Source of the DNA: Cladosporium halotolerans
Lineage: Eukaryota
DNA: 64,000 nt
Direction of reading: 5' to 3'
Assembly: GCF_011745625.1 (NCBI RefSeq)
Contig: NW_027191465.1
Coordinates: 434,001-498,000 of the forward strand
Numbering within the stretch: the first letter of the stretch is position 1; every line of letters begins with the position of its first letter. The notes under the pieces are model-generated. The model was not told the DNA's origin. It made no database searches and saw only the letters and a list, made by a program, of their open reading frames with translations. This document shows, piece after piece, positions 11,111 through 22,200 of this stretch. The translations under genes were made by a program, and so were the position numbers.

Positions 11111-13075
11111 ATGCAGTACCACCTCAACGGCTTCGGCGGCTGCGAAGACCCGCTCAAGTACCAATTCGAAGGCACCCAAGAGCCCGACTTCCAATCATCC
11201 CTACCTTCCGAAGTCGATGTCCTCATTGTAGGCGCCGGACCAGCAGGCCAGCTGTTAGGCGCGCAGCTGGCCCAGTTCCCCAATATTACCACCCGAATAG
11301 TCGAACCGAAGCCGGGGCCATTGCAGCAAGGCAACGCCGACGGCCTACAATGCCGGACCATAGAGATCTTCGAGGCGTTTGGGTTCAGCGAGAGGGTATT
11401 GAAGGAGGCATATTGGGTGATGGAGACGACGTTTTGGAGCCCTACGGAAGATGGCAAAGGTCTGAGACGGACGGGCAGGATACGGGATACAGAAGAAGGG
11501 CTGAGCGAGTTTCCCCATGTCATCTTGAATCAGGCGAGGATGCACGGGATGTGGCTGGATGCTATGAAGTGGTCGCCGACGCGGCTGGAACCAAGCTATA
11601 GCCGCAAATTGGCGAGCCTCGAGATACCTGAGGAGGGACCTGTGGACGTGCTTGTGGAGCGACAGGACGAAGGAAAGAAGGGGGAGAAAGAGCATATCAG
11701 AGCCAAATACGTGGTTGGCTGTGACGGAGCCCGCAGCGTCGTACGTCAGTCGCTTCGTCTAGAGATGAAGGGCGATTTTGCCAACCAAGCATGGGGCGTC
11801 CTGGATGCTCTCGTAGAGACCGACTTTCCTGACCTCAGGCTCAAGTCTGCCATACACTCCGCGGAAGAAGGCAGTATATTGATCATACCTCGAGAAGGTG
11901 GCTACTTGGCCAGGTTTTACATCGAGCTCGACAAGTTGAAACAAGACGAGCGCATCTCGAGCAAGAACGTCACGGCTAACGTACTCGTCGACCGCGCCCA
12001 GCGAATCTTCAAGCCCTACAAGTTCGAAGTCAGGCATATCGGCCATTGGAGTGTCTACGAGGTCGGACAGCGACTCACAAATCATTTCGACGATGTAACT
12101 CCTGCCGATCGCGACACAAAATCCCCGCGCGTTTTCATCGCCGGAGATGCATGCCATACTCACAGCGCAAAGGCAGGCCAGGGCATGAACGTGTCAATGA
12201 ACGATACCTACAACCTAGGCTGGAAGCTGGCATCCGTGCTCCACGGCAATGCAAGTCCTGCGCTCCTGCACACCTACTCTGCCGAACGCCAAAACATCGC
12301 TCAGCACTTGATCGACTTCGACCGCGAAATCTCCCGCCAATTCGCCGCAAAACCCAAAGCGAAGGCCGCTTCCAACGGCAGTGATGATGACAAGAACTCC
12401 GTCGACCCGGCCGTCTTCCAAGACTACTTCACGCGCCAGGGCCGCTTCATGGCCGGCCTAGAAACGCACTACAAGCCCTCCATGATCATTGCATCGAACA
12501 CCAAGCACCAGTACCTAGCCACCGGCTTCCCGATCGGCGAACGCTTCCACTCAGCCCAAGTTCTCCGCCTCTCAGACGCCAAACCCGTCCAGCTCGGGCA
12601 CGTCATGAAAGCCGACGGACGCTGGCGCGTAGTGCTCTTCGGCTCCGACGCAGACGCGCCTCTGGGCCCTTCGTCGCAGATGATCAAGACGTGCAAGTGG
12701 CTCGAGAACACTCTGATCCCGCGCTTCACTCCAGAGAAGGCCGACATCGACGCGATCTTCGACGTGCGCGCCGTATTCCAGCAAGAGCGGAAAACGCTCG
12801 ACGTCTCCGACTTGCCGGAGGTGCTGCTGCCGCACAAGGGCAAGTTTAGGATCCAGGACTATGAGAAAGCGTTCACGGACGAGCCGTCTTATAATTTTGG
12901 ATTTGGAGACTTCTACAAAAGCCGAGGTGTGAGCAAAGAGGGATGCATCGTGGTTGTCAGGCCAGACCAGTACGTCAGTGCTGTGCTGCCGTTGGGCGAA
13001 GAGGCGTTTGCACCGATGGAGGAGTTCTTCGGCGGCTTCATGATTGAGACTGAGAGGCGGACCAATGGACACTGA
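11111..13075 (+). CDS. FAD-dependent phenol 2-monooxygenase family, 3-hydroxybenzoate 4-monooxygenase (MobA)-like, intronless, ~654 aa
   Basis: DVLIVGAGPAG, GCDGARS, IAGDACHTHSAKAGQGMN, and C-terminal VVRPDQYV. The start MQYHLNGF and DTEEGLSEFPHVILNQAR match my recollection of Comamonas MobA. Confidence 0.9.
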   Translation: MQYHLNGFGGCEDPLKYQFEGTQEPDFQSSLPSEVDVLIVGAGPAGQLLGAQLAQFPNITTRIVEPKPGPLQQGNADGLQCRTIEIFEAFGFSERVLKEAYWVMETTFWSPTEDGKGLRRTGRIRDTEEGLSEFPHVILNQARMHGMWLDAMKWSPTRLEPSYSRKLASLEIPEEGPVDVLVERQDEGKKGEKEHIRAKYVVGCDGARSVVRQSLRLEMKGDFANQAWGVLDALVETDFPDLRLKSAIHSAEEGSILIIPREGGYLARFYIELDKLKQDERISSKNVTANVLVDRAQRIFKPYKFEVRHIGHWSVYEVGQRLTNHFDDVTPADRDTKSPRVFIAGDACHTHSAKAGQGMNVSMNDTYNLGWKLASVLHGNASPALLHTYSAERQNIAQHLIDFDREISRQFAAKPKAKAASNGSDDDKNSVDPAVFQDYFTRQGRFMAGLETHYKPSMIIASNTKHQYLATGFPIGERFHSAQVLRLSDAKPVQLGHVMKADGRWRVVLFGSDADAPLGPSSQMIKTCKWLENTLIPRFTPEKADIDAIFDVRAVFQQERKTLDVSDLPEVLLPHKGKFRIQDYEKAFTDEPSYNFGFGDFYKSRGVSKEGCIVVVRPDQYVSAVLPLGEEAFAPMEEFFGGFMIETERRTNGH

Positions 13076-13267
13076 TAGAGAAGAGTTTTGTTCAAAGAGA
13101 TGTAATGAGCGATGATTCAAGTATGTACATGGCGAATTCTATGATAAAGAATGACAGAGACATGAAAAGGAAACATGGCTTAGAGCCAGGTGGATGGTGT
13201 GTTCACCATGCATTTCAAAACAGTAAAGGAAATCATGATCTCAAAAGAGAGTAAAAGAGCCAAGAGT

Positions 13268-16200
13268 CTACTCAAGCTGGGCGCTCTTCTTGGTCTTACT
13301 GCGGCCAATGGCCTTCCAGAGTCCACGAGAGCCGGACTTGTCGGTCTTCGAGCTCTCCTTAGTCGTGGCCGAAATAGGCTCGGAGCCAGAGGGTGAATTC
13401 ATGTTCGAGCGCTGCGCAAGCGCGTGTTTGTGAAGCTTCTCCTGAAGGGCTTGGTTGTCAAGGGGAGCCGGCATCGGAGGAAGGGCGGTGTCGGGCTCGG
13501 TCGTCGAACCGCGGCGAGAGAATCGAGACCAGCGTCTGGAGGAGCGCTTGGAAGCGATCGGAGTCTCGGCGACGCCTGCTGCGACGTTACCGTTGGCATT
13601 GGCGCGTTTGTTGAGTTCTTCCTGCAGCATCTGGTTCTCTTTGGGGCCGGGCATGGGAGGTCTTTCGTTGTTGCCTACTGAGCTGCGCCTAGAGAATGAT
13701 AGGCGAGACCAGCGGCGGGAAGAGCGCTTGGATGCAAGTGGTGTCTCACTGTTGCCTTGTTTCTTAAGCTCATCGCGTAGCAGCTGTTGTTCGGCCGGAC
13801 CAGGCATGGGAGGGGCACTGTCGTCGGCGCCTGCAGAGGTACGTCTGTTGTGTCGAGACTGGCGCCTGGAGTGGCGTCTAACGCCACGAGATGAGATGCG
13901 GGACGACCTCTTGTTGCCGTTATCCTCGGCCTCAGTCTCCATTTCATCGTCCATTGCTTGTTCGTTGTTCAAAGCGAGCACGGCCAACTGGCCAAGGAAG
14001 GTAGGGTGCTCGAGGAGATCCTCGAGGCTCACGTTGTATTCGTCTTGGTGTAGCATGTACACAACCTTGCCGAGATCTAGGAGATCGCCGCCGAGCTCGA
14101 AGAAAGTGGAATGAAGTTCGAATCCGTCGCTGTCAGCGGAACCGTCGTCCTTCTGTTTCTGGGATTCAAGGCACTGGCTCCATGCATGTGTCAAAGCAGG
14201 AGAGTGGATGAGGAGGCTGTCAATCTTGATGCCCTTGAGACGCTCTCCGAGGAAGTCGCCGTCCGAGGGGCGGGCCAGTTCTTCGATTTGTTGAGCCGGC
14301 AATGAGGTCAGGGTGGTAGGCGAGGGCAGGGTAGCGTTGGAGCTGGTCGTCAAGCTTGAGATAGCCTCAATAGCCATGTTGAGAACACGCGTCGCGAATG
14401 GCAAATCGATCGGTCCCTTGTCGGAGTAGTGGAGCGACAGGTGGTACTTGCCCTCTTGGGCCAGAGGCGTAGAGACAAAGGTAAGATCTGACAGGTTGTC
14501 GACCACACCGGCGCCACCGATCCTGTAAGCTTCCTCGTCCAGCGTGATGTCACCCTCATAGTGAACATTCTGGTGGAACACGGATGTGGTAAAGTAGGTC
14601 CAGTTCGGCCAGTCCGTGCAGCGTTGAATGATCTCGCGGAAACCAAGGTTCTCGTAAGGCATGTTGGCAACCGATTGGTCCTGGATGTAACGGAGAAGGT
14701 CAAGTCCGTTCCAATTCTCACCAAATGCGACGCGCACGGGGATCATGTTGACACAAGGGCCGACCGCGGTCTCAATACCAGGCACAGATGCATTGCGGCC
14801 GTTGATGGTAAGGCCAAAGACGACGTCAGGCTGAGCAGAAATCTTGGCCAAAGTCATGGCCCAAGCAGCTTGAACAACAGTGGCGATGGTGATACTGCCC
14901 TTGCTACCCATGGAGATGTCGATGGTCTTGGCTACGTTGGTTGCGGAACCAACATGGCAGTAGGTGTTGGGTCCGTTGCGGCGAATGATCTCGGGCATCT
15001 TGGATCCCCTGAGCAGATTGGTGAAATGCTCGTAATGGTCCGGAGTAACGCTGCTGGACATGAGGCGCATGTGGCTGGAGAAGGAGGAAGTCTTGGGAAG
15101 CGTTCCGCCCTCGTAGCCCTGCTTGACAGCATCAAGGAGCTTCCAGAGGCACACGCCGTCGTACTGGGCGTGAGACATGCGGATCAAGATGCGGTGCAGG
15201 TTGGTGCCCGCCTTACGAGCGACGGCGAATTTGACAAATGGCTCGCCATGCTTCGGTGGGTGGTCGCGGTCTTTTTGCTGAAGGCTAGCGACAAAGGCGT
15301 CAAGATCCATCTCAGTGTCGTGGACGGCGAGGTCGACCTTCATCTTCTTGAGCACAACCTGGTAGAACTGACCCTCGGCGCAAACAAACACGGATCGGAG
15401 GATGTCGAAAGAGTCGAGAACACGCTTGCAAGCCTCGCGCAGACGACGGATATCCAGAGGACCGTGGCCTTCGAAGAAGAAGTAATTGAGCATCCACCTG
15501 GACTTGAACTCCTGCGCGGTGAGTGAGAACGCCTGGAAGTCGGTCACCGGAAGGACATCCGCGACGGCGCCCTTGAAGGTGCCGATCTGCGGGCAGATGC
15601 TGCGCTGGAGGAATTCGCTATCGAGTTGAACTGTCTCATAGACAGAGCGAGCACGTGGGCGTTCATATTGCTTCAGCTGCGCAGTTGGCTTCTCTTCGGG
15701 CGTCACGATGGTCGGCTTGCTGACTGGAGGAGCAACGACAGGTGCTGCTTTAGGCACATCAGAGTTGGCAGTGATGATACGAAGCATCTCCTCAAAGACA
15801 GGGCACTTGAAGATGTCTGACACGCGAAGAGCCATTTCTTGCTCGCGCGCGGCGCTGGCCAGCTTCATGGCTTTGATGCTGTCACCACCGAGACGGAAGA
15901 AGCTGTCGTCACGCTTGATGGTATCCGCGTCAACCTCTAAGATGTTCGCCCAGATGTTGCGGAGGTTGGGCTCGTAAACGGAGGATACATCCTTGTCTGC
16001 GGGTTCAACGGCCTTAGGAGGCTCAGTGTGAATGGCAAGACCCGCGAGAGAGTTCGGCAAGTTTTCTTCGCTTCTCGGAGGGGTCATGATCGTAGGCTGC
16101 ATCTGTCTCTGGGGCGTGAGAAGCGACGGCTGCATTGCAGACTTTGAGTTACCAGCGTTGCCCATCATCTGGCTGACAACGGCGTGGACGCGTTCATCGA

Positions 16201-19200
16201 TGAGGCTGTGCAAAGACTTGTGATCGAGCATGTCCACGCTTGGTGGCGGGGTGAGGACGCCTCTCAGTTGCGGCGTAGAAGGAGCAGACATCATGTCCGG
16301 CACCAACATTGGCGTTCCTGGAATCGGAGTCGGGACGCCGGGGGTGATGATACCAGATTCCTTCTCATCCTGGAGAGCGTTCTCGAATGTCTGAGAGATT
16401 GCGGCAGCGATAGCGTGTGCTCTGCTATCGGAGATCTTGTCGGACCAATATCTCAGCATGATACCCTCGTTATCCTTCGCTGTGATGACATTGACAGTCA
16501 TTGGGTACTCGCTTGGATCGTGAACCTCCTTAGCCGAGAAAGACAGAGTCTCAGCCTGGGAAGCGTCCGAAGGAATTTGGTTCTGAATAGAGAGCGTAGA
16601 GTTGAACAGCATCTGACCGTCCATGCCGAGGTAGTTCTGGATCTCTGCCAAAGAGGTTGCTTGGTGCGGCAGGCCTTCCAAGAAATCGTTCTGCACCTGG
16701 CGGAACAGGCTGCCGTAGTCCTGGCGTGAGGAAAGCTTGACGCGGCAGCAAAGCATGTTGATGAATACACCGACGGCGTCCTGAATATCAGTCACAGGAA
16801 CGTCACGGCCAGCGGAAAGGTAACCGAAGCAAACATCATCTTGTCCAGTGAGGGCGCTGAGGACAGTTGCCCATGTTGAAAGAGCGAGAGTGGCGAAGGT
16901 GACCGAGTCTCTCCTGCAAAGCGCCTGGAGTTCGTCGAAACGGTGGAAAGCGACCTTGAGGGAGTTCAGACGGCGAGTCTTGGTGAGATTTTGCGCGGTT
17001 GGAATGTGGCAAGCCTGGACATTGCGCAAGTGCCTGGCCCAATATTCGAGGCCAGTCATGTCCGAGCGGTTCTTGAGATACTGGACAAACTGCGCGTAGT
17101 CGGGGCCAGGGGTAGACGGGGTGAGCGAGTCGCCATAGGCGGCGGAAAAGTCGCGCAGGATGATGGAAAGAGATGCACCGTCGATCAAAGCATGATTGAG
17201 TTCCATCTTCATTTCAACTCCGCCAGTCGAGATAACACGGCAGATAGTGACGTGGTGAGGAATCTGCGGCGACCTCTGCTTGTTGATGTCGGAAAGGCGG
17301 ACGGTAGCGAGTTGCTTGGAAGCGGCGGAACAATCATTGCAGGCGATTGTTGTTGGCATTGCATTGACCTTCTTCAGTACGACCTGGTCGAATGTTCCGT
17401 TCTTGTAGTTGCTCTCGACGAAGATGGTCCTGAGAATCGGGTGACGGTCGACGACCTTTTGCCAAGCCGTTGCGAGCAGCTTCGTGTCAACTGCGGCTCC
17501 AGATTTATTCTCGTTGATCTTGAAGATGGCGTGGAACATGTAGTTGGACGGATCGCGGAGCTGACTTAGCAGGATACCCTCCTGCACAGGTGCAACCGGG
17601 TAAATGTTCTCGACGTCGGCTATACTCTTCACACCCATGCGTGGCAGAGTTCTCTCAACGAGCTGCTTCAGCTCCTTCGAAGACACCGGGAGTAGAGGGT
17701 AAGAAGCAGGAGTAATCTCGCTGGCCATCTCCTTGAACTTCGGAAGTGCGGCGCGGAGAGTAGCTTCAAAGCTGGAGATCCATTCGGCGATCTTGTCTTG
17801 ATTCTTCAGATTCTTGTTGAACGTGAAGGCAATCCTCAGCTTGTCTTTGATGACGATGGCGGATAGCTCAAAGAGAGCAAAGCGGGCGGTTCTGGATCCC
17901 ATATCGCCGTAGTCCGTCATCTCGCCTTCAGCGAAGACGTCGGCGTAATGTTGGAACAAGGAATCCGATCGCTCCAGTTGCTGGAGCTTGCCAAGGTAGT
18001 TGAACAAGATCTCGAACAATCCAGTGCGGCGCGAAAAATCGTTCATGTTCTTGGAGTCTTTCCTCAGCTCCTTCACCTGCTTGATTGTTTCCATGATGTC
18101 AGAGGAGCGTTTGATCTGGAGGGCTTTGACGGCTGTGAACCAGCCCACCGATTCTGACACGTCTTGAGTCGCTGATTGACGACCGTGACTCTCGTTCCAG
18201 ATGGTCGGATCAGCGAGGTTGGGGAAGACCTGGGTGAAGGACTGGAATGCGACTGCAAGAAGCAGGTCCAAGGGCTCGATCTGGGCAGACGATTGTACGC
18301 CGTCGAGCAAGGAGGCGGTGGTCTTCTCGTCGACGGAGAATCCTTGAGTCTTGACTTGACCATAAGTGTTCTCGAAGCCACCTACTCCCCAGTAATCGGC
18401 GTTGGGGAGGCCGTCGGGGATCTGCACGGTCGGGCTCTCCTTCTCGCCTGGCGATTGAGAGCCGCACCAGGCCTGGAAGGAGAGCGGGATCTCGGAGGCG
18501 ATGGTACCGGTGTGGAGGTACTCTTCAAGTTCTTGGAGCACAACGCGCCAAGAAACCATGTCAATGCACAAATGGTTGGCCACCAGAAACAGAACCTGGT
18601 CGGTTCCAGGCGCATCGAACATGTCGGCAACGACGATCGGACCCTTCTCGGGATCGGGTGCGCGCTGCGACTCTCCCATCTTCAACTTGATCTGTTCACG
18701 ATCGCTCGTCTCATGGACGTTGAAGGCGTACGATGAATCAATGTCCTAAGCGCTTGGTTAGCACTAATCGCTTGGTGACAATTTGCCGCTGGGGACTTAC
18801 CCTCGTAGTTCGCTGCTTCCAAGTTCCATCAGCATCTTTCGAAAACCTCGCCCTCAACATCCCATGTCGCAGGACAATCGTCTTCAGAGCCTCCACGACC
18901 TTAGAGCTATCGATCTTCCTTGCCAGACGCACAGTAATGCTCTGGTTGAATCGGCTGGTGCCCTTGTGTCCGTTGACCGCGTGCTGGAAGTACAAGTCCT
19001 GGATAGGAGAAAGCGAGAAGCTTGCGCCAGAGACAGCCCTAGAGCGTCCAGTAGGCTGCTTCTTCGACGTCTCGGCGAGAGTGGATCGCTTCGCGAGCTC
19101 TTCGATCGAGTCCGTCTGGATGATGTCTTGCAGACGGACGTTGAGGCCTTGCTTGCGGGCCTTGGACACCACGGCCATGCCGGTGATACTATCGCCACCT

Positions 19201-22200
19201 AGAAGAAAGACATGTTAGCTTGCAAGGACGCTGAATGGCTGAATCTCAGAATCTTACCCAAGCTGAGGAAAGAGCGATCTGACTCCATACTCGACGGCTC
19301 AACGTTCAGCACCTGAGCGCAGACATCCCTCAGGATATCAACAGCAGTCGCGCCGCCAGCCTTCTCCTTCGTCTCAGGAGCAGGCACCTTGCCGCGCTTA
19401 ATATCGTCGTAGTCCTTCATGATGCGCTCGTAGTTCGGCTTGTCGACGTTCTCGATCCAAGACGTGATCTGCTTGCGGTCAATCTTGCCCGAGACCAGCA
19501 TAGGCAGCGACTGCATGACGACCCAGGCCTGGGGAACCATGTAGATTGGCAGTTGCTTCTCGAGCGAGGCCTGGACTTCCGGCAGCTTGGCGGCGTGCAT
19601 GACGGAGGGCTCGACGAGCTGGCAGTCGCCGGCGGACTTCAGGGACTTGTCACCGGCGTTGACGGCGAGGATGGCGACGAGGCGCTTCTTGATCAGGCCG
19701 GTCTTGGGGAGGAGGACAATCGCGTGGCGGATGCTGTCCATTTGGCTCAGGCGGGACTCGATCTCGCCGAGCTCCATTCTCTGGCCATGCAGTTTGACCT
19801 GGTGGTCTTTGCGGCCCAGACACTCGATGGCGCCGTTCGGATAGTAGCGGACCAGGTCGCCGGTCTTGTAGATGCGGCTGGCACTCGTGGTAGGGAAGGA
19901 GCTAGCCCAACGGGGGTTCTCGATGAACTCGGCGTTGGTCTTTGCAGGGTTGTTGAGGTACTCGCGAGCGAGAGGACGGCCTGAGAGCGCCAGTTCACCC
20001 ACCGAGCCAACGGGCATCAAGCGGTCGTGGTCATCGGGGTCAACGACCCACGTAGAGGTGGACTTGATACCATGACCAATGCAGGCGGGCTCGCTCTTCG
20101 GCGAGATCTTGGCCAAGGTCGCGAAAACTGCGGTCTCAGTGGGCCCGTAGCCGTTAATGACCTCTACATGAGGCGTCCACTTGTTGATAACCTCTGCAGA
20201 GATCATCTCGCCACCGCAGACCAAGGTCTTGAGGGATGGCACGCTTGTCGGCTCGATGATGGAAGCGACCGAAGGCGTGCAGAAAGTCCAGTGAATGCCC
20301 ATAGCGTTCATGGCTCCAGCGACATCGTTCAGTCTGTCTTCCTCGCTAGGGATGCAGACGCATCCACCGAAGATGAGCGTTCCCCAAATTTCCATGACGG
20401 CGGCATCGAAAGTCAACGAAGCGAAGTGGAACGCGCGAGTGCCGCGACCAAGGTGAATGACCGGGGCGAAAGCGCTAACACTCGTGACAAAAGAGGCATG
20501 CTCGGTGACAATACCCTTGGGTTTGCCAGTGCTGCCAGAAGTGAAGAGCGCGTAAGCCATGTTGGTGCTGCTGGAGCGGTTGAGCGGGCGCTTGCTGGGA
20601 GACTTCATGGAGTCGAACACGCTGCGATCGATGGCGAGAACCGTTCCGACCTTCCTGGAGTACCTCTGGCTATACTTGGGCAGACAAATGACGAACTCGG
20701 CTCCAACGTCGGCGATGATCTCCTCGTGCCTGCTCGCTGGGTGAGCCGGGTCAAGCGGCACGTATGCGCCGCCAGCGGCGAGCACACCCAAAATTGCAAC
20801 GACCATGTAGGCCGACTTGTCCATACAGACAGGGACAAACATCTCCTTTTTGAGGCCGAGAGAGATGAGGTAGTGGGCGAAGACCGCTGCGTGATCGCAC
20901 ATCTCGCGGTAGGAGAGGTTCCCGTCCCAGGCGCAGATTGCATCTGCGTCTGGCTGAGAGGCGCACTGCTCGTAAACGAGGTCTTGAATGGTCTTCTCGA
21001 TCGGGTCAATGCGATCAGTGTTCCACTCCAGAATCTGCTGCTTGTCTGCTGGGCTGACAAGGTCGATGTTGCCCACGACGAGATCGGAGCTCTTGGGAAG
21101 CTCAACGAGTTGCTTCAAGATGAAGTTGAAGCGAGCAATCAGACCATTGACTTGGCTGGCTGCGATTACGTGGTCGTCATGATGAGCAGTGGTCTTGATC
21201 TGCGATCCAGCAACCTTGCACTCAACCACCAAGGGGTGAGTGAAGAACTCCTCACCAGCCTGAACGTCGTTGAACTCCCACATGGACTTCTCCAACGGCT
21301 GGTCGTCGGCCTGGACAACCAGCAGGTTCTGGAACTCGCAGGCAGCCGACGTGCTCGTTGCAAGGCGGCGGATACGCTGAACGCCTGCGTGCTGGTGAGG
21401 AATGACATCGATCGTCTGCTGTTGAATCTTCTGCAGGTAGGAGGTGATCGAGGTTTGCTTGTCGACTTGGACGCGCGTGGGGACGGTCGTGAGGACAGGT
21501 CCAGCCATGTTCGTGACACCGCGCAGGGCAATGTTGCGAGCCATCAGAGTCTCTCCGAAGCAGACGTCAGTCGACTCGGATTGTTCGGCTATGGTAAGAG
21601 CCCAAGCGCCACGGATCATGACAGGGAGCGTGACATCGGTGTTGGAGATGTTGGAGATCTCCATGTTGTTGTACTGGCGAGATCCCGCAGCGATCTGGCG
21701 GGAGGTATCCTTGACACGAGGGAAAGCGGGCGTCTTGAAATCCGCGAGGTAGGACTTCCAGAACTCGTCTGAAGCGGTGTTGTCGCTCTTGCTCAAGTAG
21801 TCGATGAAGAAGCTGTACGGCGTGGGCTGGTGCTCTGGCGCAGCGAGATCCATGTAGTGTTCTTGACAGTGCTGCAACATCAGACCAATGCTAAAGCCGT
21901 CGTAGGCAGCATGGTGCAGCGACCAAGCAAAGAAGCGCTCGGAGCCGTCTTCAACGATAGCGTAGTCAGTGAGCACATCACCCTCGGTCGAGGGCAGCGC
22001 AGGCACGCTGTCAGAGTGCTTCGGCACCGTCTTCTGATACTTCCACGCAATGGGTGCCTCACGAAGGACAACCTGGCAGAACCCAGCATCAGCCGTGTGG
22101 ACAATGCGAGTCCTCAGAATCGGAAGGTCATTGACAGTCTTCTGCCAAGCGGCCTTGAACTTCGCAAGATCGATCTGGGGCGCGAGGCGGTAGATCGAGC

